The notes under the pieces are model-generated. The model had not been told where the DNA came from and searched no databases. It saw nothing but the letters and a program-made list of their open reading frames with translations. Below, piece by piece: positions 17,901 to 26,210 of a DNA stretch of 32,000 nt. Each line of letters starts with the position of its first letter. Within the stretch, counting starts at the first letter, position 1. This DNA is from Archaeoglobus fulgidus DSM 4304 (GTDB lineage Archaea; Halobacteriota; Archaeoglobi; Archaeoglobales; Archaeoglobaceae). Both the position numbers and the translations under genes were made by a program. The stretch covers positions 1,860,001-1,892,000 of the forward strand of contig NC_000917.1 in assembly GCF_000008665.1 (NCBI RefSeq), in the 5' to 3' direction.

Positions 17901-20838
17901 CGCTCTGGCATGGGATAAACCCTCTCTCGCTCCGGGAGAGATGTGGATTGTTCCGGTCATCTGGGGACTCGGATTCACTAAGGAGGACATGGTCGCACAA
18001 ATAAACGACGGAAAGTCAAAGCTCTACGATACCGGAATTCTATCCATAGACGCTCCAGCAAACAACTCAAATCTGAACCCCTCGCAGGGAGTTGTTTACT
18101 TCAACGCCACCGCAGCTCTCTTCGGGATAGTTGATGCCTACAACCTTGAGGTCATCTTCAACATTACAAAGGTCGGTGGAGGTTACAGCTATCAGGGCTC
18201 AAAGACTGTCAACCTCTCCGTCCCCGATGCAGAAACAGCCAACGTTTCCTTCCCGCTCGACATCTCATCGCTTGGCTACGGAACATACAAAGTCAGCTTC
18301 AGAACGAATCTCTCCAACGACCAGAACACTACTAACGACGAAAAGTGGATTTACGTCAACATTGTTGGATTCACTGTCGAGCCTGACAAACCATTAACTG
18401 CAAATCCCGGCGAAGAAGCGTTCCACAATCTAACCGCAATCAATGGTCTTTCCTCCCAGAGGTTCGATGTAAGGATTGAGGGCACTTCAGAAGGTTGGCC
18501 CACGGCAATATATGTAAGCGGGGTGAAAATTGCAGAAGATGCAGATGGAGACTCCTTCTGGGATTTTGTTGATTCGAATTATGACACCAACTCCAACGGC
18601 ATACCCGACATACCAATCCCACAGGGGACGAGCTACATCAACGTATCTAAGGAAATACCATCCTCCGCAGAGCTGGGGGTAAGCGACTTCACCCAGCTCA
18701 ACTTTACCTCCACAACTGACGCATCAATTTTCGATACTGCAACAATCCAAACATCCACCCCACCCCCTCCAACAGAGATTAAGACCTTCTATCTCCACGG
18801 AGATTCTGTTTTGAACACATCTGCAGAGTCCACTCCATCTCAAATACAGATCGTGGCCAACTCTCTCCACTCGTGGTATCAGAACCCGGTTTTCGCAGAC
18901 AATTTCAGGATTTACGATAACGTGACCGTAAACTTATGGCTCAGCAGTTCAACCTCATCAACTCACGAGGTTAGAGTACAGGTTCTGTCAACAACCGGAA
19001 CCACGTCATACCTTATCGGCGCAAACTCGACCACTCTCACTCTAACCACCACACCCACACTCTACACCTTCAAAATCCCTCTCACCTCCCCATTTGAGTT
19101 CCGGAGAGGAGATTACATTGTATTGAGAGTTGAAAATATCGCATCCAGCGACATGACGGTATCCATGTCCCAAACTTATTCATCGAACATTACTCTCCAC
19201 ACATCAACCTACGTTAACGTTGAAGAGATTCAATCGGTTGTTTCGGGAAACGATGTTACAGTTTACGCTAACGTAACAGACCCCATAGGCTCTTACGACA
19301 TATCTGAAGCGAGAATTGAAGTCTTCTACCCCAACGGAAGCCTTCTAATCTCAACAACCATGAACCTCAACACCACTGACCCTTCAAGCCCCTCACTCTG
19401 GAAGCTCTTCGACTTCACCTTTACTGCACCTGTGCCCGGATTTTACAGGGTAAATGTAACTGGAGTTGAGTCGAATGGTGTGACCTCAACATCCACAGCT
19501 TACGTTGCGGTGGGGAAGATAGTAACAGGGAGAGTGCTTGAAGACCTGTTCCCTCTTGGGAAGAACAATGGGGAGGATATAGGGCTCTCAAACGTGCGCG
19601 TTGCCCTTTATGAGGACAATGGAAACGGTTTGCTGGATGAAAACGATAAGATTGTGGGCATTGACACGACAAACTCTACCGGCTATTTCAGACTCTCTCC
19701 AGTTAATGTCTCTGCCACCTACTTCATAGTGGTTGATTCAAGAACGCTGACATCCTTCAGAGGATTAAATTCAGGTTATAAGGTGGAAAGCACTTGGGCA
19801 GAGCAAACATATCAGACTGAATGGGATGAGAGCAGCTGGGTTGTTGTTCAGAAATTTGGCGGGCAGGATCCGGAGGAAAGCGACTCCTTCGGGCTGAACT
19901 TTGAGCACTATACAGCCTTAAACCTCAACAACTACAATGGAGAAAGTATAGACTTTGGATTCAGCTTTGAGGTCATCGTTAACATCGAAGACAAAAAGGA
20001 AGAGAGTTTGAAGCCCATTGGGGAGGTATTTATAGTAGAGAACGTTGGCGAGAGCTGGAAGACGGTTTACCTTCACAACTACTATGAAAGTCCCGTTATA
20101 GTGTGCACCTACAACCTCCCGAGCAGTTCTGATCCACCAGCAGTTGTAAGGATAAGGAATGTTCAGCATTACAGCTTTGAGATAAGGATTCAGAATCCCG
20201 GAGATTCTGCGACACCAACACCATCAGACGTGCACTGCATCGTGATGGAGGAGGGGAACTGGACTCTAAGCGATGGAACAAAGGTTGAGGCTCACAGGGT
20301 GGTGAGTGATGAGACAAATCGTCGTGGAAGCTGGAATTCAGGATTGGAGCACCTAACTTACAACTGGAGCTATGCAAACCCAGTAGTTCTGGGGCAGGTT
20401 ATGAGCTACAACGATCCCGACTGGTCGGCTTTCTGGTGCAGTAATGGAACAAGGCAAAACCCTCCAGATTCTTCAAACCTTTACGTCGGAAAGCATGTTG
20501 GTGAGGATACAGACATAACGAGAAATCCCGAAGTTCTGGGTGTGATAGTCGTTGAAGCCGGAAGTGGGGTTGTTAATGGCATGAGTTACGAAGCGGATCT
20601 CGGCGCCGATTCCATCAGGGGAGTTGATGACGGCCCACCCTTCAGCTACTCCTTAGGCGGTGATTACTCAGTTGCGATAACCACTCAAAATGCTATGGAT
20701 GGTGGAAACGGAGGTTGGGCTGTATTATACGGTTCAAATCCTGTTAGCAGGTTTTGGGACAAAATTCCTTTAATCCCTGACAACAATCACATACGCTCTC
20801 CACCCAATATACCTCTTGGGCACATCAACCTTTGCTGA
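14992..20838 (+). CDS. Giant secreted surface/adhesin-like protein, N-terminal part (1948-aa ORF that runs into an IS)
   Basis: Signal peptide MKVSALLALTVVVFLVSNLAGS, repeated beta-rich Ig-like modules, many NxT/S sequons, SdrD-B-like module VTGRVLEDLF..VRVALYEDNGNGLLDENDKIVGIDTTNSTGYF. The last about 29 codons lie within the IS. Confidence 0.85.
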   Translation: MKVSALLALTVVVFLVSNLAGSVEFSGNIGNETVNKTISVEKVYFPGDKVILKANFMPLKAKLVDPAGKVIGLEFRKSEGGFEAELELKKDVVLGKYLLFADNVSAEFYVDSYSIEAAYFNGKVVGNVSYYFAEPEYVYYKAGKEEGKAKVAEDGSFEILLKKAAKEVELRCGNAVERVKLKAELSIVLDRVEVVNETAFVEGRVLLNGVETEANLSYWFDEGEERVLEVNGTFNLSFSNVSGILHLIAENNGLRAEESVEIEAIKKVVEVGGVYFAGDTVEVVTNFKPKKGLIVGPDGKKEELEFVEEDGKYLARYELKKDVVLGNYTVLVDGIVKQFVVDFCEVSAEFGDGAIWGEARSFYTTPKVRYLIAGENFSEEGVAGGNFNIPVNRTGDFRAVFECGNSRYEMNFSVAEARNVEVDDFSFLGEIVEVRATFMPEEAYIVTPSNETVRLNFSEREGAFIAEIGAEEIGRYNLRVDEFNLSFVVDDYSINASFNGSAVAGTIKWHFVKPDYVYYKAGKEEGKAKVADDGSFEILLKKAAKEVELRCGNVLKIVKVTPKPPKEEKGEIVAFDPVKKVIVIKKLEEEQDGKFKIASTEERKKKVKLVELEVPATEENIKKFNLTPDVLSTEIKTKRVKKDMIRLEVNNKLETWYRFSVEIPEGYRVKGIIGDDGRRIVNTVHVNRSTGELEGDLRWYVKNNTLYFYDDPIWGYDISLYPPRPNRSIAVELAYSGPYSEGGQISAIIFPYSEGDDDATITSYDHAGRTEDYGYAYDLDIDAGSKIAIRFSSGGNTREFGNWWDHLNGAEPLGDDLINQISREDTPLNTAPNGVVESVITTKMQTPLWQNSQVNITQKVIIRDNSRWFATIYYIENIGSTTITNLRFFQGMDWNFNGDFSDDYGFYNSSVDTVYGYDSNAAPGDIQYGGFSSNIPSSAHDVGNYYSDIWTGIDQDNLQNRNSYYRDAGVALAWDKPSLAPGEMWIVPVIWGLGFTKEDMVAQINDGKSKLYDTGILSIDAPANNSNLNPSQGVVYFNATAALFGIVDAYNLEVIFNITKVGGGYSYQGSKTVNLSVPDAETANVSFPLDISSLGYGTYKVSFRTNLSNDQNTTNDEKWIYVNIVGFTVEPDKPLTANPGEEAFHNLTAINGLSSQRFDVRIEGTSEGWPTAIYVSGVKIAEDADGDSFWDFVDSNYDTNSNGIPDIPIPQGTSYINVSKEIPSSAELGVSDFTQLNFTSTTDASIFDTATIQTSTPPPPTEIKTFYLHGDSVLNTSAESTPSQIQIVANSLHSWYQNPVFADNFRIYDNVTVNLWLSSSTSSTHEVRVQVLSTTGTTSYLIGANSTTLTLTTTPTLYTFKIPLTSPFEFRRGDYIVLRVENIASSDMTVSMSQTYSSNITLHTSTYVNVEEIQSVVSGNDVTVYANVTDPIGSYDISEARIEVFYPNGSLLISTTMNLNTTDPSSPSLWKLFDFTFTAPVPGFYRVNVTGVESNGVTSTSTAYVAVGKIVTGRVLEDLFPLGKNNGEDIGLSNVRVALYEDNGNGLLDENDKIVGIDTTNSTGYFRLSPVNVSATYFIVVDSRTLTSFRGLNSGYKVESTWAEQTYQTEWDESSWVVVQKFGGQDPEESDSFGLNFEHYTALNLNNYNGESIDFGFSFEVIVNIEDKKEESLKPIGEVFIVENVGESWKTVYLHNYYESPVIVCTYNLPSSSDPPAVVRIRNVQHYSFEIRIQNPGDSATPTPSDVHCIVMEEGNWTLSDGTKVEAHRVVSDETNRRGSWNSGLEHLTYNWSYANPVVLGQVMSYNDPDWSAFWCSNGTRQNPPDSSNLYVGKHVGEDTDITRNPEVLGVIVVEAGSGVVNGMSYEADLGADSIRGVDDGPPFSYSLGGDYSVAITTQNAMDGGNGGWAVLYGSNPVSRFWDKIPLIPDNNHIRSPPNIPLGHINLC
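15400..15514 (+). repeat. 115-bp intragenic repeat, copy 1
   Basis: TACGTTTACTACAAAGCCGGGAAGGAAGAGGG...GAGATGCGGGAATG; by hand count 109/115 identical to copy 2. Confidence 0.9.
16537..16651 (+). repeat. 115-bp intragenic repeat, copy 2 (offset 1137 bp)
   Basis: TACGTTTACTACAAAGCAGGGAAGGAAGAGGG...GAGATGCGGGAATG. Confidence 0.9.
20740..20749 (+). repeat. Target-site duplication, left copy CCTGTTAGCA
   Basis: Identical 10-mer at 21964-21973 flanking the element. Confidence 0.95.
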
Positions 20839-20928
20839 ATTACCGAAAGGCGTGACTCTCTTCTCGAAAACAACCTCAACCTCCTCTTTCAGAACAAAAT
20901 CTCCCTTCTTCACTTCAACCCTCCTCAT
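20770..20928 (-). CDS. IS-encoded 52-aa AbrB-like small protein (DUF2080 transposon-encoded family)
   Basis: MRRVEVKKGDFVLKEEVEVVFEKRVTPFGNSAKVDVPKRYIGWRAYVIVVRD*; the FGNSAKVDVPKRYIG segment is AbrB/MazE-like. Part of the track ORF 20770..21180. Confidence 0.82.
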   Translation of the reverse strand: MRRVEVKKGDFVLKEEVEVVFEKRVTPFGNSAKVDVPKRYIGWRAYVIVVRD

Positions 20929-20979
20929 GTTAAGTATATCCATAGAAATACTTAAATACTTTTTGGTTGGAATCAGAAC

Positions 20980-21948
20980 ATGAACCTTGGATTCAGAGTG
21001 ACAGGGAAGTTTGTAAGGGAACTTCTGGATGTTTTGGATGAAATTGCAGAGGAGATAAGACAGGAGGAGAAGGAAAAGTATCCGTACACAGAATGGGAGA
21101 GGAAGAGAGAAGTTGTTAAGGAAAGGCTGAGAAAACTCCCTGAATACGTTAGAGAGGCTATTTCTGTGATAACCGTGCAAAAGAGGGTGGGAAGACCAAA
21201 GAAAGTTGATCTGGAGAAGAGAGTTATGCTCTTTCTGTTTGCAAGGCTGATGGACAAATCAAACAGAGATATTGAGGAGCTTTTAGAGCTGTTTGAACCT
21301 TTATTCGGGATAAAGGTTAGCTACAAAACGATAGAAAGATTATACTCGGATGAAGAAGTTAGAATGGCTTTACACAACCTCTTCATCCTTCTGCTTAGAG
21401 AGGAAGGAGTTTCAGGAGATTTTTCAGGAGATGGGACAGGATACAGCCTAACCATCACTAAGCACTATAGAAGCAATCCTAAAAGGAAAGGTAAAGACTT
21501 CAGATACGTTTTCAGGATAATTGACATCGATACGGGAATGTACGTTGGCTTTGGCTATTCTGACAGATCTGAGAAAGATGCCTTTGAGAAGGCTTTAGGA
21601 ATGCTCAAAAGCATGGGGGTGAAGGTAAACTCGATTTCTCTGGATAAGTATTACAGCAGTAGGAAGACTCTGAGGCTGTTTGATGCTGAGACAGCTGTCT
21701 ACGTCATTCCAAAGCGAAATCTTGCCAGAATAGGATTTGACTGGTTGAGGGTTATCGAGAGGATTGTTGAAGCTCCTTATAGGTTTCTGAAGAGGTACTT
21801 CAAGAGGAACTTAAGTGAGGCAGGATTTTCTGCTGATAAGAGGAGATTTGGATGGTTGATAAGGCAGAGGAGGGAGGACAGGAGAGAGATGGCTTTGTTT
21901 GCTGTTGGGCTGTGGCACAATGTGTTTGCTGTTAGGGTGGTGAGGTAA
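20980..21948 (+). CDS. IS transposase (DDE type, ISNCY/ISA1214-like)
   Basis: 322-aa ORF spanning the element; KRVGRPKKVDLEKRVMLFLFARLMDKSNRDIEELL, VSGDFSGDGTGYSLTITKHY, FRIIDIDTGMYVGFGYSDRSEKDAF, SLDKYYSSRKTL. Confidence 0.9.
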   Translation: MNLGFRVTGKFVRELLDVLDEIAEEIRQEEKEKYPYTEWERKREVVKERLRKLPEYVREAISVITVQKRVGRPKKVDLEKRVMLFLFARLMDKSNRDIEELLELFEPLFGIKVSYKTIERLYSDEEVRMALHNLFILLLREEGVSGDFSGDGTGYSLTITKHYRSNPKRKGKDFRYVFRIIDIDTGMYVGFGYSDRSEKDAFEKALGMLKSMGVKVNSISLDKYYSSRKTLRLFDAETAVYVIPKRNLARIGFDWLRVIERIVEAPYRFLKRYFKRNLSEAGFSADKRRFGWLIRQRREDRREMALFAVGLWHNVFAVRVVR

Positions 21949-21963
21949 TTTTGTCCCAAAGTC

Positions 21964-21973
21964 CCTGTTAGCA
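21964..21973 (+). repeat. Target-site duplication, right copy CCTGTTAGCA
   Basis: Identical to 20740-20749. Confidence 0.95.
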
Positions 21974-23886
21974 ATAAACTTAATCTTTCAATTGATGAAG
22001 ATCAAATCAGAGATGGTGAAAGAAGCCATGGTACTGAACAGGTTGCGTATTGGGTTTTCAACAAATCCGGCACACTTACAACAAAAGTTGATTCAGAGAG
22101 GTACTGTCAGGGCTGCTTGAGACAGTTCATAGCCAACTCCAACGCCATTGCAGGAAAGCAGCGTTCGTACTTCGTAATGGCTGTTGAGCCAAATAACAAG
22201 GTTTCTGACAGCAAATGGTGGAGCATAACAGTCAACTCCACCCTCGGCTCTCTACCAAATTTCAACGATGAGGTGGAGCTCAACGGAACCGTTTTAAACG
22301 CTGACATGACCGTAAACAACTCCAACCCAGACTGCCTGCTCTACAACTACTCCACCAACACCCTCGAAAGCGTAGCGTGTAGCAAATCAATCCCCGTTGG
22401 TGTTGGAAGCGATGGAGTGCCTTTCAGCGGTGACGAGCCGAGGTTAAATGCAATACCAAAGCCAGAAATCGAGATTATTGGTGTTGCTGGCTCTCCAGTG
22501 CTCAACTTTACTGCTAAGGCTCATGTAAGCTCCGTCAGCGTTTTCAGTGGTTCAAACGGAATAGAGGTTTATGGAGATGATTCTCAGCTCGATAAAGTCT
22601 TTGCTGGTTTGAGGGCGGATGGTTCTGACCCTTCGGATTCAGGCTTCCCAAGGATTTCAAGTCACGGAATCAGAATTCTTTCAAATAACACCACAGTTAA
22701 CTCTTCAATTGCCGCTTACAACGGAGGTCTGGGAATTCGATTCGAGGGTTCAGGAGTTAACTCTGGAAAGGCGGTGAACAGTATTGCATACTACAACGCC
22801 TTAAGCGGAAGCAATCTTGACGGTTTCATTGCTGTGAATGGGGCCTCAAACGTCATCTTCGAGAACTGCGTTGCGGCAAACAATTCAGGTTCAGGGATCG
22901 ACAACTACAATGGAGGCAGGATAACGATAAGGAACTGCTCTGTGGTCAAGAACGGGTGGGGGAATGCTGAGCCGAGCGGAATTAGAGTTTCGGGCAGTGG
23001 GAGCGAGATAGTAAACAACCTCGTTGCTGAAAATGTTGGAGATGGGATACTCGTCACACCTACTGGCAGCACAAGTACGCCAACCGGCATCAAAATTTCA
23101 AGAAACTCCATTTTCAAGAACGGCTATGTCGGTATCGACCTGAATGTTGAAGACACATCGAACAACATGGGAGACAATGTAACATTAAACGACGGCCAGC
23201 TCGACTGCTCTCAACCAAACTGCGGAATAGACTACCCCGTAATAACCGCAGCACAGCTTATCGGCAGCTCACTCCACATTGAGGGGTTCATAAACGACGA
23301 GAACGCTGGAAGTGGAAGCTCCAGCTTCGCCGGCGCCACCGTGGAAATCTACATGGTCAACAACTCAACTGATGGAGATGACCTTGCGGGCAACAATGTC
23401 CTCTCAGGTGGTTCCACATCCTCAAAATTCTACGGAGAGGGCTGGATTTATCTTGGGTCCTTAACAGCAGACTCAAGCGGTAACTTCCGGGGAGAGTTGA
23501 ACGTAGCGGGCAAAGGTGCAGAGGTTGGCTCCCTTATAACCGCTTTAACAATACTCAACGGAAACACTTCAGAGTTCGGTCCAGATGCCCGCGTAACGAC
23601 AAAACCCGTTAAAGTGAGAGCCGAGATGGCTATAACTTTCCGTGGTGCAAACATCACAATCACGGCTCTTGAGGAGGCGAACAACGTCAAACTTTACTGG
23701 ATAAAACCATCCGGCCTCGTTTTAACGGCAGAAGGTGATTTCGATTCAAGCGGCAATGATGGCGACATCTACTGGTGGGAGTTTGGCAGCATCTCTGCTG
23801 GAGAAGTTAGGCACGTTAACCTGACGTTCGGCGGAGATTTCTCCCTCATCGAGACATTTAACATCGGAGTTGACCCTCTGCAATAA
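21964..23886 (+). pseudogene. C-terminal remnant of the giant surface protein, with right-handed beta-helix region
   Basis: Open in frame from the right duplication through 23886 (track shows only 22117..23886). Contains the repeated pattern GIRILSNNTTVNSSIAAYNGGLGIRF / NVIFENCVAANNSGSGIDNYNGGRITIRNCSVVKNG. Confidence 0.85.
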
Positions 23887-23926
23887 ACCACGAAAGTGAT
23901 ATATTAACCCCCAGAAACTCTATTTT

Positions 23927-24664
23927 ATGGATGTTGAAATTGTAGAGGAACTCTCAAAAATGCTGGCCGGAAGAAAGGCGGTTACTGAGGAAGAGATAAG
24001 GAGAAAAGCGATTAGGTGCGCTTTGAAAATTATGGGGGCAAGGCTCGTCGGCATCGATGCTGAATTGATTGAAGATGTTACATGCAGCCTTATTGATTGC
24101 CCGATCACCCTCAAAAGTCTCCACTTTTCGGAAAAGGTTAAGATCGGAGACGTACTGTTTTACCACCCCCACGTAATAAAGCCTGAAAAGGAGGATTTTG
24201 AACAGGCTTACTTCGAATACAAGCAGTCAAAGAAGTTTCTCGATGCTTTTGACATTATGAGGGAAGTGACCGACCGCTTTTTTGAAGGCTATGAGGCTGA
24301 AGGAAGATACATGAGAAAGTACACAAAGGACGGGAGAAACTACTACGCGTTCTTCTCCACCATTGATGACACCTTTGAGGATGTCGACATCCACCTGAGA
24401 ATGGTGGATGAGGTGGACGGGGACTACGTGGTGATCGTGCCGACTGAAAACGAGCTCAACCCGTTCCTGAAGTTCTTCAAGCAATACTCCGAGGATGCAA
24501 AGAGGGCCGGACTAAAAATCTGGGTTGTCAATCCGGACGAGAAAACTATAGACCCCTTCATAGGTTATCCAAAGGACTTCAGATTGCTCAAGGGATTCAA
24601 GAACCCCAAAGCTGCGGCTCTGGTCAGCGCATACTGGAGAGTTACAGTTACAGATCTGGACTGA
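23927..24664 (+). CDS. Conserved hypothetical protein, 245 aa
   Basis: Long ORF with good local codon use ([42 protein letters not shown]...); family not recognised. Confidence 0.8.
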
Positions 24665-24670
24665 AGGTAA

Positions 24671-24680
24671 GCTTTATAAT
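24671..24680 (+). promoter_or_regulatory. Putative TATA box for tRNA-Ala
   Basis: GCTTTATAAT about 24-33 nt upstream of the tRNA 5' end. Confidence 0.6.
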
Positions 24681-24703
24681 CCCATTTAGAGCAACTCATC
24701 CAA

Positions 24704-24777
24704 GGGCCGGTAGCTCAGTCTGGTAGAGCGTCGCCTTGGCATGGCGAAGGCCTGGGGTTCAAATCCCCACCGGTCCA
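24704..24777 (+). tRNA. tRNA-Ala(GGC)
   Basis: GGGCCGG/CCGGTCC acceptor stem, D arm GCTC..GAGC, anticodon arm TCGCC-TTGGCAT-GGCGA (anticodon GGC at 24738-24740), T arm TGGGGTTCAAATCCCCA; CCA not encoded. Confidence 0.97.
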
Positions 24778-24951
24778 TGCCATATTCTGCGTGTAACCGT
24801 TCTTTAGAACTGCTAAGTATTGCCTTAGCTGCAATATTCACTTTTTACTCCCATACAACTCTATAGCTGCATCCTCAAGCCAACTGAAAAACCGACCGGA
24901 GCAAAGCTTTTAAGATTGCAGAGAACATTGGGCATGGATTTAATATGCATG

Positions 24952-25206
24952 TACGTTTTCAAAGGTGAGGAGAGCTTCGGGGAGAGCATAGACGTTTATG
25001 GCGATTACCTGATCGTGAAAGTTGGGACGGAGTTTCTTGCGGTTCCGAAGAAGAGCATAAAATCCGTAGAGGACGGTAGAATAGTCATCGGGGAATTCGA
25101 CGAGGAGGAGGCAAGAGAATTGGGAAGGAAGTGGCTGGAGGAAAAGTCAAAGCCCGTAACCCTCGAAGAGTTGAAATCCTACGGTTTTGGTGAGGAAGGG
25201 GAGTAA
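24952..25206 (+). CDS. Small conserved archaeal protein
   Basis: [66 protein letters not shown]; start chosen at the internal Met rather than track start 24916; overlaps the pth2 start. Confidence 0.65.
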
Positions 25207-25553
25207 TGACTCTGAAGCAGGTGATTGTAGTCAGGGATGACTTGAAGCTATCGAGAGGAAAGCTTGCGGTTCAGGTTGCCCATGCAGCGATTATTGGCTA
25301 CCTCAAGTCTGACAGCAGTTTAAGGAGGAAGTGGCTCGATGAAGGGCAGAAAAAGGTCGTTTTGAAGGTCAAGAGCCTCGAAGAGTTGCTGGGGATCAAG
25401 CACAAAGCGGAATCGCTTGGCCTTGTAACCGGGCTCGTGCAGGACGCCGGGCTGACTGAAGTCCCTCCCGGAACGATTACCGCTGTCGTCATAGGCCCAG
25501 ATGAGGAGAGGAAAATTGACAAGGTTACGGGCAACCTACCTCTGCTGAAGTAG
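25206..25553 (+). CDS. pth2: Peptidyl-tRNA hydrolase, Pth2 type
   Basis: [30 protein letters not shown]...[16 protein letters not shown]...[22 protein letters not shown] is the Pth2 signature. Confidence 0.97.
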   Translation: MTLKQVIVVRDDLKLSRGKLAVQVAHAAIIGYLKSDSSLRRKWLDEGQKKVVLKVKSLEELLGIKHKAESLGLVTGLVQDAGLTEVPPGTITAVVIGPDEERKIDKVTGNLPLLK

Positions 25554-26210
25554 TTAGGGCTCTATACCCCTGTCGGTAATCCTGTAAAAGCAGCTTTTTC
25601 CCTCCTTCATCCACCTGTGCTTGATAAGCGTGGCTTTTCTCAGCTCATTACTTCTTTCAAGGGCGATTATGACCTTTGAAAGGTGCTCAAGGCTCGGCCC
25701 GCCGAGGGGGCGGTCAACTCCAGAGCCAACATCTGTAAACATCTGGTTGGTTATCACCACGGCCACATCGTATTTCCTCGCCATTCCGAGGAGGAAGGTT
25801 AGCTGTGACGTTAGCTCCCTCTTTATCTTTATTTGCTTCCTGTCATCCTCAAGCTCGCTCCTGTAGAGGGAGGTGAAGCAGTCAACGATAACTAGCTTGA
25901 CCTTCTCGCTTCTGCAGAGCTTTTCCGCCTCCTGAATCGCCACTCCCTGCTGCCTGAACCTGTAAACCTCGTAAACGAAGACGTTGGAGAAAAGCCTCTC
26001 ATCACCGAAAATCTGCCTAACTCTCTCCCCCGAAAGACCTTCCGTGTCGATGTACGCAACTTTGAACTGCTCTGCTGCATTTTTTGCCAGCATCAAGCAC
26101 AAAGTGGTCTTCCCCGTACCTCCGTGGCCGTATATCTGAGTAACCGTTCCGGTTTCAACTCCTCCTCCGAGAAGAGAGTCTATGCACTTACTGCCCGTTG
26201 GAATCAGCAT
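25554..26210 (-). CDS. radB: DNA repair/recombination protein RadB
   Basis: IPTGSKCIDSLLGGGVETGTVTQIYGHGGTGKTTLCLMLAKNAA (Walker A GHGGTGKT) and short RecA core; track start is 26225. Confidence 0.93.
   Translation of the reverse strand: MLIPTGSKCIDSLLGGGVETGTVTQIYGHGGTGKTTLCLMLAKNAAEQFKVAYIDTEGLSGERVRQIFGDERLFSNVFVYEVYRFRQQGVAIQEAEKLCRSEKVKLVIVDCFTSLYRSELEDDRKQIKIKRELTSQLTFLLGMARKYDVAVVITNQMFTDVGSGVDRPLGGPSLEHLSKVIIALERSNELRKATLIKHRWMKEGKSCFYRITDRGIEP

Larger units (their letters stand above)
20750..21963 (+). mobile_element. Insertion sequence, 1214 bp, ISA1214-like
   Basis: Left end GGTTTTGGGACAAAATT versus reverse complement of right end GACTTTGGGACAAAATT (15/17), flanked by a 10-bp duplication, containing a transposase ORF. 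The 1214-bp length fits the Archaeoglobus ISA1214 name. Confidence 0.95.
14992..23886 (+). pseudogene. Reconstructed full-length giant gene interrupted by an IS (2556 aa after excision of 1224 bp)
   Basis: Both halves are in the same frame (codon positions 1 mod 3). Deleting 20750..21973 joins ...GWAVLYGSNPVS to NKLNLSIDEDQIRDGERSHGTEQVAYWVFN... with no stop. Confidence 0.9.

Noticed and set aside
14992-20838. Possible CRISPR or short tandem repeat array in the giant gene
   Set aside because: Repeats are long, diverged and in coding frame; no regular direct repeats with unique spacers anywhere in the window.
20770-21180. 136-aa minus ORF as a single protein
   Set aside because: Its first about 84 codons are antisense to the transposase and look random; only the MRRVEVKK... 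52-aa part looks like a real protein and it fits the promoter position.
23700-23886. Archaeosortase-type (PGF-CTERM) sorting signal at the giant protein C-terminus
   Set aside because: The terminal sequence has no PGF motif, hydrophobic helix or basic tail.
24704-24777. tRNA-Ala as an active integration site of a large island
   Set aside because: No integrase gene and no second copy of the tRNA 3' end found by eye within the window.
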